Shown here in pieces: positions 1-8,183 of a stretch of 64,000 nt of DNA. The first letter of the stretch is position 1. Each line of letters opens with the position of its first letter. The stretch comes from Candidatus Bipolaricaulota bacterium (lineage in GTDB: Bacteria > Bipolaricaulota > Bipolaricaulia > Bipolaricaulales > Bipolaricaulaceae). The stretch lies in assembly GCA_030550535.1 (NCBI GenBank), contig JAUQPF010000051.1, positions 2,974-66,973 of the forward strand, written 5' to 3'. Under the pieces are notes generated by a model. The model had not been told where the DNA came from and ran no database searches. It saw only the letters and a program-made list of their open reading frames with translations. A program made the translations under genes and the position numbers.

Positions 1-869
1 TCGGCGTTGGCGAAAAGATCGGGGTCCAAAAGGGCCAGAAGGAGCCGGAAGTTCTCGGGATCCCCCCGATGGGGCGTGGCCGTGAGGCAGAGGAGCAGGC
101 GGGAGTTTTTGGCCAATACTTCCCCCAAGCGGTAACGCTGGGTTTTCTTCGTCTGCTCACCGTAACGGTAGGCCGCAAGCTTGTGGGCCTCGTCCACGAT
201 CACCAAATCCCATTCCACGTCGGCAAGGGTCTGGAGGATCTCCTCTTGTTTAGCGAAGTCCAGGGAGGTGAGGACTTGCGGGAACTCCCGCCACGGGTTT
301 TGGCCATAGGTGTTTTGGAGGAGGCCTCGGTCCACCACGAGGAAGGTTTCCCCGAATTTTTCGCGGAGTTCGCGCAGCCATTGGTCGCGGAGGTGGCCGG
401 GGACCACGAGGAGCACCCGCTCCACCAGGCCCCGGCCCTTGAGCTCCTTGAGGAGGAGGCCCGCCATGATGGTTTTGCCGGCACCGGGGTCGTCGGCCAA
501 AAGGAAGCGCAGGCGGGTCTTGGGGAGCATGTGGAAATAGACGGCGTCGATCTGGTGGGGCAAAGGGTCGATGAGGGAGACGTGCAGGGCATGGAGGGGG
601 TCGAACTGGTGGCTCAGGCGGATGCGGTGGGCCTCCAGGCCCAGGAACACGGCCTCCGGCCGGCCGGAGAAGTCCGGAACCGGCGCGGCTTCAAGGGAAA
701 GTTGGGCAAGCTCGGCCAGGCCAAGCCAGCGCTCACCGAAGTAGCGCCCAGTCCTCGCGCCCACAACAACCAGGCGCCAGACGCTCCCGTGCTCCTCGGC
801 CTGGAGGATGCGCACGGGCTCCGGCCAAAACGGTCCACGGACCTGGGCTCCCGGGCGCAGCTCGGCCAT
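1..869 (-). CDS. SNF2-family helicase, N-terminal part (runs off the window start)
   Basis: Manual translation from ATG 869: MAELRPGAQVRGPFWPEP...DPLPHQIDAV...RFLLADDPGAGKTIMAGLLLKEL (Walker A)...LVIVDEAHKL (DEAH box). Absent from the ORF track because the stop lies outside the window. Confidence 0.9.
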   Translation of the reverse strand, partial: MAELRPGAQVRGPFWPEPVRILQAEEHGSVWRLVVVGARTGRYFGERWLGLAELAQLSLEAAPVPDFSGRPEAVFLGLEAHRIRLSHQFDPLHALHVSLIDPLPHQIDAVYFHMLPKTRLRFLLADDPGAGKTIMAGLLLKELKGRGLVERVLLVVPGHLRDQWLRELREKFGETFLVVDRGLLQNTYGQNPWREFPQVLTSLDFAKQEEILQTLADVEWDLVIVDEAHKLAAYRYGEQTKKTQRYRLGEVLAKNSRLLLCLTATPHRGDPENFRLLLALLDPDLFANA

Positions 870-909
870 CGGCCAGGATGGTACCCGGCTCCCCGCGTCC
901 AAAGAAAAA

Positions 910-960
910 CCCCCTCACCCTTTGTCCCTCTCCCCTGGGGAGAGGGTGGGGGTGAGGGGG
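910..960. repeat. REP-like palindromic element (nested hairpin)
   Basis: CCCCCTCACCC-tttgt-CCCTCTCCCC-t-GGGGAGAGGG-tg-GGGGTGAGGGGG; the same core recurs at 14817-14950 and 20566-20843. Confidence 0.85.
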
Positions 961-968
961 CTTTGCGT

Positions 969-1844
969 TCAGTTAGAGAGCGCGAGCACGAAGGGGAAGG
1001 GCGCGAGGGTCGTGTCCCACTTGATGAGGAGGACGAAGAAGAGGGTGCCCGGCACAGGGGCATTGCCCCATTGGGTGAGGGGTTGATAGGTCTGGGGCCG
1101 GTCCAGGGACACGGAGATCCCGCCGCCGGGCCAGGGCGACCAGGCCATGGCCGTGTTCCAGAAGTTGGGAACCGGTACGACCCACAGCCACACGAAGGCG
1201 CCCGGTCGGTCGTAGGCCACGGACACGCGGAGCGATCCGCCCGTGGTGCTTGCCCATAGGGCCAGGGCGGCGAAACCGCCGGGCAGGGCACCGAGAAGGA
1301 TGGGGTCCTCGGCGTCGCCAAGCTTAGGCCGCTCTTGGGAGCCCTGGACGACCACCTGGGCACCTGCGGCCTGGAGGGCGCTGAGGAGCTGGGCGGGGCT
1401 CATCCCGGGCGTAAGGGGTAGCCGGGGCATCCCGGTGGGGAGGGGAACCTCGGGCATTGTGGGTGGCGTGGGCGGAGTTGGGCCCGGCGCCGCGGGGCTC
1501 GTGCTGATCGTGCCGCAGGCGAACTTCACGGTTTGCCCCATGGGCACCCGCTCCTCGATGGGCTGGCCCCCGGAGAAACCGCGGATCAGCACGTGGGTGG
1601 GCATCACCGCGAGCACCTGGCGCACGGTGTAGCTCTGCCCCTGCCGGATGAGGACTTGGAGGATCTGGAGGCCCACGGCCTGCTCCTCCCGCAGCCAGAC
1701 CACCTGGGTGAGCTGGAACCCCGCGGGACAGGCGTCGTTGGCGATGGTGGCGGAGACCTGAATCCCCGCGGTCTGGGCCAAGGCCGGCACGGCCAAGGCC
1801 ACCAAAAGAACGACCCACAGAACACTACGCGCTTTGCGCAACAT
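969..1844 (-). CDS. Secreted hypothetical protein; two beta-rich domains joined by a Pro/Thr-rich linker
   Basis: SD GGAGG before ATG 1844; signal peptide MLRKARSVLWVVLLVALAVPALA|Q; linker SPAAPGPTPPTPPTMPEVP. Confidence 0.75.
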   Translation of the reverse strand: MLRKARSVLWVVLLVALAVPALAQTAGIQVSATIANDACPAGFQLTQVVWLREEQAVGLQILQVLIRQGQSYTVRQVLAVMPTHVLIRGFSGGQPIEERVPMGQTVKFACGTISTSPAAPGPTPPTPPTMPEVPLPTGMPRLPLTPGMSPAQLLSALQAAGAQVVVQGSQERPKLGDAEDPILLGALPGGFAALALWASTTGGSLRVSVAYDRPGAFVWLWVVPVPNFWNTAMAWSPWPGGGISVSLDRPQTYQPLTQWGNAPVPGTLFFVLLIKWDTTLAPFPFVLALSN

Positions 1845-1930
1845 CTGTGCCTCCTTTCGGTTAAAGACGCGTTTAAGTACACCGCGGAAGCTTCGGCGGT
1901 TCACGAAGCACACGGGCAAAGCGAAGAAAG

Positions 1931-2908
1931 CTAGGCTGAGCCGAACTTTTTGAGCATCCAGCGCCAGGCCGTCTCCACCAGGGGCGCAAGCTCGGTGAAG
2001 CGGGGTTGCCAGCCCATTTCCCGCAGGGCGCGGGAGGGGTCGGCCACAAGCACAGCGGGGTCGCCGGGCCGGCGCGGCCCCTCCCGCACAGGGATATCCC
2101 GTCCCGTCACGCGCCGGCACACCTCCATCACCTCCCGCACGGAGTAGCCCCGGCCAATTCCCAAGTTGTAAACCCGGCTCTCCCCACCGGCCTCCAAGTG
2201 CTGCAACGCCCGCACATGGGCCCGGGCCAGGTCCGTCACGTGGATGTAGTCGCGCACGCCCGTTCCGTCGGGCGTTTCGTAATCCGTGCCGAAGATCTCC
2301 AGATACGGCCGCTTGCCCAAGGCCACCTCCAAGACGATGGGGATGAGGTGGCGCTCGGGCTCGTGCCACTCCCCGATTTCCCCCTCGGGATCGGACCCGG
2401 CGGCGTTGAAGTAGCGCAAGGAGACGTAGCGGAACGCGTAGGCTTTTTCGTAGTCGGCGAGGATCTCCTCCACCATGCGCTTTGTTCGGCCATAGGGGCT
2501 TTTCGGTTGGGCCGGGTGCTCCTCAGGGATCGGGACCTTTTGGGGATCGCCGTAGACGGCGGCGCTGGAGGAGAACACGAAAAGCTTCACCCCATGGGCC
2601 CGCATGGCCTCCAAAACGTTCCAGGTTCCCAGGAGGTTCACCTCGTAGTAGCGAGCGGGATCCTCCACGGACTCCGGCACCGAGGTGAGGGCGGCAAAAT
2701 GCATCACCGCCGTGATGGGATAGCGACGGAAGACTCCGTCCAGCGTGGCGCGATCGCGGATGTCGCCCCGCACGAAGTGCGGGGTGAGCACGAACTCCCG
2801 GTGCCCCGCGGAAAGATCGTCCAGGACAACGACCTCGTAGCCCGCCCGCAGGAGCTCCTTCACCGTGTGGCTTCCGATGTAGCCGGCTCCGCCGGTCACA
2901 AGGATCAC
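1931..2908 (-). CDS. galE: UDP-glucose 4-epimerase
   Basis: ILVTGGAGYIGSH, FSSSAAVYG, YGRTK (YxxxK), LRYFNAAG; GTG start overlaps the upstream stop. Confidence 0.95.
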   Translation of the reverse strand: MILVTGGAGYIGSHTVKELLRAGYEVVVLDDLSAGHREFVLTPHFVRGDIRDRATLDGVFRRYPITAVMHFAALTSVPESVEDPARYYEVNLLGTWNVLEAMRAHGVKLFVFSSSAAVYGDPQKVPIPEEHPAQPKSPYGRTKRMVEEILADYEKAYAFRYVSLRYFNAAGSDPEGEIGEWHEPERHLIPIVLEVALGKRPYLEIFGTDYETPDGTGVRDYIHVTDLARAHVRALQHLEAGGESRVYNLGIGRGYSVREVMEVCRRVTGRDIPVREGPRRPGDPAVLVADPSRALREMGWQPRFTELAPLVETAWRWMLKKFGSA

Positions 2909-3958
2909 GAGTCCCCTCCTTCCAGCTCGACCCAGGCATCGTCGCCAAGGAACAGGGAGGCCTGGCCCTTTCCCCGGACGTGGGCGCGGCGCCCCAGGAC
3001 GCTTTCGCCAAGGGAGACGCCCTCCACCCGGGCCTCGTCCATGAGGATGGCGTTGCGAAGGCGCGCGTTTTGAACCTGGGCTTTGGGGCCCACGGCCACG
3101 TTGGGCCCTAGGACGGAGGCGTCCACCTCCGCCCCATGCCCGACCCAAACGGGACCTTCAAGGTGCGAATTTCGCACGCGGGCGCCGCGCTCGATCGCCA
3201 CCTGCCCCTGGAGGCGCGTGTTCGCGTCCAGTTCGCCCTCCACCCGCGGGGAAAGGCGCGCGAAGAGCCGGGCTTGGGCCACAAGGAGGTCCGCAGGGCG
3301 CCCGACATCCTGCCACCACCCGGAAAGGAAGTGGGCGCACACGGGCTCGCCTTCCTCCACGAGCCTTTGGATGGCGTCGGTGAGCTCGAGCTCCTCCCGG
3401 AAGGAAGGGCGGATTTTACGGGCGGCGGCGAAGAGACTGGGGCGGAACACGTAGACCCCCACCACCGCCCAAGGGCTGGGCGGGTCCTTGGGCTTTTCCA
3501 CGAGTTTGAGGATGCGGCCTTCCTCCACCACGGCCACCCCGAACCGACGCGGGTCCTCCACCGCGGCCAGGACCACGGTGTGCGTCCCCTCCTCTTCGAA
3601 GCGGCCTAGGGCCGGACCGAGGCCCTCACCCAAGAGGTTATCGCCCAGGACCACGAGGAAATCCTCGTTTCCCACGAAGCCCTCGGCGCAGAGCACGGCG
3701 TGGGCCAAACCCTTGGGCTCCGGCTGCAGGATGTACGTGATCCGCAGGCCCTCTTCATCCTCCGAGGCTTTTGCGGAAGAGCTCCAGAGTGGCGGGGCTC
3801 ACCACGAGGCCGACCTCCGTGAGACCCGCCTCGCGGACCATGGCGAGGACGTGGCGGATCAAGGGCTTTCCGGCCAGGGGAAGGAGGTGCTTGGGGAGCG
3901 TATGGGTGAAGGGGCGCAGGCGCGTGCCCCAGCCGGCCGCGAGGACCACCGCTTTCAT
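2905..3958 (-). pseudogene. rfbA: Glucose-1-phosphate thymidylyltransferase (long form), frameshifted near 3757
   Basis: N-terminus MKAVVLAAGWGTRLRPFTHTLPKHLLP ends at GGA GGA TGA; the +1 frame continues EEGLRITYILQPEPKGLAHAV...LGDN...EKP...ELELTDAI. Confidence 0.85.
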
Positions 3959-4048
3959 CGCCCCATTGTACCGGGCTCTCCACTCCTACGTTTTCCTGAT
4001 GGACACCAAAGCGGGCTTCAGGTGAGCTTTCCCAAGGAAAGGAGGACG

Positions 4049-4849
4049 ATGCGCAAGCTTTTGGTCTTTGCGGTGGGGGTTGCCGTGGTGGGTTGGGCCG
4101 ACCCTGGGGAGCTCGTGCGGAAAGCTGAAGCGCTCCTTCCCCAGCGCTATCACCTCCCGGTTTTGGAGCAGGTGATCGGCCTTTACGAGGAGGCGCTGCG
4201 CCAGGCCCCCCACGACCGGGAGCTTCTCGTGCGCCTGGCTCAACATTGGTACGAGTGGGGCGTGCTCATGCCTGAGGGCCTGGAGGACCAGGGTTGGCGC
4301 AAGGCCGCGGACTACGCCTTTCGGGCCCTGGGGCTTTCCGGCCTGGACGAGGCCCTGCGGCTTTCCAACGAGGAGTTCCAGGCCTTCCTCAGGAATTGCG
4401 CGGACGGCCGGGCCCTCCTTTGGGCTGGGCACGGCTGGGGCCAGCTCCTCGGAAAAATGAACCCGTTCTCCGCGTTCTTCGCCCTCCCCAAGATCCGGGC
4501 CATCTACGAGCGGGCCATGGAGCTCGCGCCCGAGTACATGGCGGGTTCCGCCTTCCAGGCCTACGGCGCCCTCCTCGCCAACCTCTCCGACTACGGGATC
4601 CTCTTCGGCGTGAAGCTCTCCCAGGCCAAGCCCTACTTCGAGAAGGCCATAACGATCGACCCCACCTACCTCGATCACTACGTGGCCTACGCCAAGGAGT
4701 ACGCGGTGCGCGCGAAGGACCGTGCCCTTTTTGAGACGCTCTTGCGGCACGTGCTGGAGGCGCCCATCGGGGACTGGCCGTTTTGGAACGAGGTGGCCAA
4801 GGACCGGGCCGCCCGATTCCTCGCGGAGATCGACCGCTACTTCAGGTGA
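4049..4849 (+). CDS. TRAP transporter T-component (TatT)-like helical/TPR protein
   Basis: SD AGGAGG; signal peptide; helical repeats; C-terminus FEKAITIDPTYLDHYVAYAKEYAVRAKDRALFETLLRHVLEAP...NEVAKDRA is typical of the TatT family. Confidence 0.7.
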   Translation: MRKLLVFAVGVAVVGWADPGELVRKAEALLPQRYHLPVLEQVIGLYEEALRQAPHDRELLVRLAQHWYEWGVLMPEGLEDQGWRKAADYAFRALGLSGLDEALRLSNEEFQAFLRNCADGRALLWAGHGWGQLLGKMNPFSAFFALPKIRAIYERAMELAPEYMAGSAFQAYGALLANLSDYGILFGVKLSQAKPYFEKAITIDPTYLDHYVAYAKEYAVRAKDRALFETLLRHVLEAPIGDWPFWNEVAKDRAARFLAEIDRYFR

Positions 4850-5627
4850 GGTTTTCGTCCAGGCGGGGAAGGACGGCTTTGGGCCCGGCCCCATCGCCCA
4901 CGATCCGGAAGGGGATGCCGTAGGCCTGGGCCAAGGCCTCGGGGGCGAGGACGGCCGCGGGATCCCCCTGGCCCAGGACCTGGCCGGCCCGAAGGAGCAG
5001 AACCCTCCCGCCGTACACGAGGGCGGCGTTGGGGTTGTGGGTGGTGGCCAGGATCCCCAAGCCCTCCCGCGCCAACGCGCGCACCAGGGAAAGGACCCGG
5101 TGTTGGTTGGCCGGGTCCAGGTGGGCATCGGGCTCGTCCAAAAGGAGATACGGTGCCTCCTGGGCCAGGGCCCGGGCGATCAAGGCGAGGCGTCTCTCCC
5201 CTCCGCTTAGGGTGTGGATCGGGCGCGTGGCCAGCCCCTCCAGGCCCACCAGGGCCAGGGCCTTTCGGGCCTTTTCGCGGTCCTCCCTTCCCGGCCGGCT
5301 TAGGGGCCCAAGGTGCGGGGCCCGGCCAAAAAGGACCAGGTCCTCCACGGTGAAGGCGAAGACCGCCTCAGAGAACTGGGGCACGTAGGCGATCTTCTTG
5401 GCCCGATCCTTGGGAGAAAGCTGGGGCACAGGGGTTCCGTCCAGGAGCACCGTGCCCTCTTGAGGAAGGCGCAGACCGCCCAGGCACTCCAAAAGGGTGG
5501 TCTTTCCGCTTCCGTTGGGGCCGAGGAGGAACAGGATCTCCCCCGGTTCCACCGCGAGGCTCACCCGCGCGAGCACGGGTCTACCGGGGACGTAGGCGTA
5601 GGTGAGGCCACGGGCGGCGAGGCTCAT
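4842..5627 (-). CDS. Iron-complex/cobalamin ABC transporter ATP-binding protein
   Basis: GPNGSGKTT, LSGGERR, LLLDEP, IAYVPQ. Confidence 0.92.
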   Translation of the reverse strand: MSLAARGLTYAYVPGRPVLARVSLAVEPGEILFLLGPNGSGKTTLLECLGGLRLPQEGTVLLDGTPVPQLSPKDRAKKIAYVPQFSEAVFAFTVEDLVLFGRAPHLGPLSRPGREDREKARKALALVGLEGLATRPIHTLSGGERRLALIARALAQEAPYLLLDEPDAHLDPANQHRVLSLVRALAREGLGILATTHNPNAALVYGGRVLLLRAGQVLGQGDPAAVLAPEALAQAYGIPFRIVGDGAGPKAVLPRLDENLT

Positions 5628-6655
5628 CGCCAACCCCCTCCCCGCTGGATCTGGCGCATGAAGAGGAAGAAGAACACGGGGACCCCAAGGAGCCCGGTGA
5701 GGATGTCCAAAGGGATCTCCGTGGCGAAGGCGGTGCGGGCCACGTTGTCCAAAAGAAGGAGGACCCCAGCGCCAAGCCCGGCGGAAGCGGGGATAAGGAA
5801 GAGATGATCCGGCCCGACCAGGGCGCGGGCGGCGTGGGGCACGATCAGGCCCACCCAGCCCACCACCCCGCTCACGGATACGGCCGCGGCGGTGAGCAGG
5901 GTTCCCAACCCGATCACGAGGAACCGAAGCCTTCGCACGGGCAACCCCAAGGCCTTGGCCTCGGCCTCGCTCAAACTGAGGAGGTTCAACCGCCAGCTCA
6001 GGAGAAAAAGGAGCCCCAGCCCCACGGCGCTCATGATGGCCAGGGGCACCACGTCCCGCCAGAGGACCGCGGGAAGGCCGCCCATGAGCCAGAAGGTGAT
6101 CCCTGGAAGCTGCACGTAGGGGTCGGCGAAGTACTTCACGAGGCCCAAGAGCGCGGAGAAGAAGGAGTTCACGAGGATTCCGGAGAGCACGAGCACGAGG
6201 AGGCCGCCCCCGAAGGCCGCGCCCAAAAAGGCGGCGAGCCCGGCGGCGGCCAGCCCCCCGCCAAAGGCCAGGATCTGGATCCCCGCCGGGCCGGCCCGGA
6301 GCACCAGGGCCAGGGCGGCGCCCAGGCCCGCGCCCGCGCTCACCCCGAGGATCCGCGACTCCACGAGGGGGTTGTGGAAGATTCCCTGGAAGGCTGCGCC
6401 GGCCACGGCGAGGTTGGCGCCCACCAGGGCCGCGGCGGTGGCGCGGGGAAGTCGTACCTGGAGCACAAGGCTGCGGATCAAAGGCTCCCCGCGCCCGAGA
6501 AGGGCGGGGACCACGTCCCCTGGAGCCAGGCGGACCCGGCCCAAAAAGAGCGAGACGAAAAGAAGAGGGAAAGGCAGGACGAGCAAAAGACCGCAAAGGA
6601 CGGCCTGCCTTACCCGCCGAGGAGCGCGGACAGTTCCTCGGAGCTTGGTGTGCAT
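5624..6655 (-). CDS. FecCD/BtuC-family ABC permease (start uncertain)
   Basis: VRLPRA, QGIFHNPLVES, EAKALGL, GWVGLIVPHAAR; multiple TM segments. Confidence 0.92.
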   Translation of the reverse strand: MHTKLRGTVRAPRRVRQAVLCGLLLVLPFPLLFVSLFLGRVRLAPGDVVPALLGRGEPLIRSLVLQVRLPRATAAALVGANLAVAGAAFQGIFHNPLVESRILGVSAGAGLGAALALVLRAGPAGIQILAFGGGLAAAGLAAFLGAAFGGGLLVLVLSGILVNSFFSALLGLVKYFADPYVQLPGITFWLMGGLPAVLWRDVVPLAIMSAVGLGLLFLLSWRLNLLSLSEAEAKALGLPVRRLRFLVIGLGTLLTAAAVSVSGVVGWVGLIVPHAARALVGPDHLFLIPASAGLGAGVLLLLDNVARTAFATEIPLDILTGLLGVPVFFFLFMRQIQRGGGWR

Positions 6656-7605
6656 CCGTAGAACTCCCTGTAGAACGTCTGGATGGCGCCCAGAAGATCC
6701 ACCTGAACCCTTTCGGGGTGCAGCCGCGTAGCCATCCACAGGATCCCGAGGACCGACTCCGGAATGGGGGTGTCCCAGGCGAACAGGATCTGGGGCATCT
6801 TGTACACGCGACCTGCCTTCACCGCCGCGAGGGGCTGCCAGAGGGGATCCGCGCGGAGGTCCTCCGCGCGCACGGGGCTATAGGGCACGATGAAGATCAC
6901 TTCCGGGTTCCAAAGGAGGACCTGCTCGATGTTCACGTTCTGCCAGGAGCCGGGGAGGCCCTGGGTGACGGGGAGGCCGCCGGCGAGCTCCACCAGGCGC
7001 GACTGGTACATGGCCCCGCTGGCGACGCGGAAGGGCGCGGTGCCCACCACCAGCACGCGCGGCCGGGCTTCCGAGGGGATCCCGGCGGTGGCCTGGGCCG
7101 CGGCCTCCAGGACGCTCGCGTAGAAGGCGATGAGCCGCTCCGCCCTCTCCTCTCGGCCCAACGCCTGGGCCAAAAGCCGCGTGGTCTCCTGCACCGCCTC
7201 GAACGTCTCCGGCCCCACCAGGATCGTGGGGATCCCCACCACCTCCAGAAGTTGAGCAAGGTCCCGGTGCTTCAGGCCGGCCACAACGAGGTCGGCCTTG
7301 CGGGCGATGATCTCCTCGGCCGTGATTTCGCCGGGCAAAGCCTTGGCTTCGTAGTTGGGATCAAGCTGGGCCATGAGGGCCCGGGAAAGGGGGTGGTCCG
7401 GGACGCCGAGGTACCGGGCGGCCACGATCCTTTCCCCCTCCACCAGGGCATAGAGGTAAGGTGTGGCCACGCCGAAGGCGCAGACGATGCGCTGGGGCTC
7501 CGCAGGAACGAGGACCTCCCGACCGGCTTGGTCCACCACGCGCACCTGGGCCCATACTCCCAGGGAAAGGCCGACAAAAACCGCCAACGCTACGAGCTTG
7601 CGCAT
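6610..7605 (-). CDS. Iron-complex/cobalamin ABC substrate-binding protein (BtuF/FecB type)
   Basis: Signal peptide ...GVWA|Q with no lipobox Cys; VVDQAGREV...PQRIV, EQVLLWNPEVI, AVKAGRVY. Confidence 0.9.
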   Translation of the reverse strand: MRKLVALAVFVGLSLGVWAQVRVVDQAGREVLVPAEPQRIVCAFGVATPYLYALVEGERIVAARYLGVPDHPLSRALMAQLDPNYEAKALPGEITAEEIIARKADLVVAGLKHRDLAQLLEVVGIPTILVGPETFEAVQETTRLLAQALGREERAERLIAFYASVLEAAAQATAGIPSEARPRVLVVGTAPFRVASGAMYQSRLVELAGGLPVTQGLPGSWQNVNIEQVLLWNPEVIFIVPYSPVRAEDLRADPLWQPLAAVKAGRVYKMPQILFAWDTPIPESVLGILWMATRLHPERVQVDLLGAIQTFYREFYGCTPSSEELSALLGG

Positions 7606-8117
7606 CCTTCACCTCCGTGGAGCAGGGAATCGATCCAGGCCAGACCCGCGGCGAGCTGATGAAGGCGGAAGCTGCGCAGGGCCTGGCCGAAGGGGTCCTG
7701 GGGGGCCTCGCCCCGCACCTTTTCCGCAAGGTCCCGCAGCACTTCGCGTTGGGCGGAGAGGAGCTCCGGCGCGCGCTCCGGAGCCAAGCGAAGGAGGAAA
7801 AAGAGTTTGGGAAGGAGCTCGGTGCGAAGGAGGCGCAGGCGGGGGACGGGGCTCAGGACCCAGCGCCAAAAGAGTTCTTCCCCCTGGGGGGTGAGGGTGT
7901 AGCGGATGCGGGCCGGGCGGTTCTCCTGCTCCTCGCGGGTGCCCACGATGAGGCCGTGGCGTTCCAGGCGATCCAGGGTGGCGTAGAGCTGGCTTGGGGC
8001 CACGCGCCAGATGCGTCCCAGATCCGCGTGGAGGCGGGCGAGGAGCTCGTAGCCGTGGGCCGGCCCCCCAAGGAGGTAGCCCAGAACCACCGGTCCCACG
8101 GGGAACTCACCCGGCAT
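7590..8117 (-). CDS. PadR-family transcriptional regulator
   Basis: LGYLLGGPAHGYEL...SQLYATLDRLERHGLI...YTLTPQG. Confidence 0.9.
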   Translation of the reverse strand: MPGEFPVGPVVLGYLLGGPAHGYELLARLHADLGRIWRVAPSQLYATLDRLERHGLIVGTREEQENRPARIRYTLTPQGEELFWRWVLSPVPRLRLLRTELLPKLFFLLRLAPERAPELLSAQREVLRDLAEKVRGEAPQDPFGQALRSFRLHQLAAGLAWIDSLLHGGEGCASS

Positions 8118-8134
8118 ATTCCGTATTGGAGTAT
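8116..8134. promoter_or_regulatory. Candidate PadR operator overlapping the padR start and -10 box
   Basis: Imperfect inverted repeat ATATTCC-gtatt-GGAGTAT; minus-strand TATACT at 8130-8135. Confidence 0.45.
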
Positions 8135-8183
8135 ACCAGGGTGGAACCAACGCCTCCAGCCCGCTCCGGTACAATCGCCTCCC

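Noticed and set aside
69..1259. 396-aa plus-strand ORF
   Set aside because: Antisense shadow of the SNF2 helicase that also runs through the repeat element.
3750..3770. Programmed +1 frameshift or selenocysteine readthrough at the TGA in rfbA
   Set aside because: The continuation is in another frame, so readthrough cannot restore it. GGA-to-GAU re-pairing is poor and there is no prfB-like CUU-UGA site.
8138..8152. T-box-like sequence AGGGTGGAACCAACG
   Set aside because: It lies in a 66-bp divergent gap with no room for stem I or a terminator, and the downstream gene is a protease.
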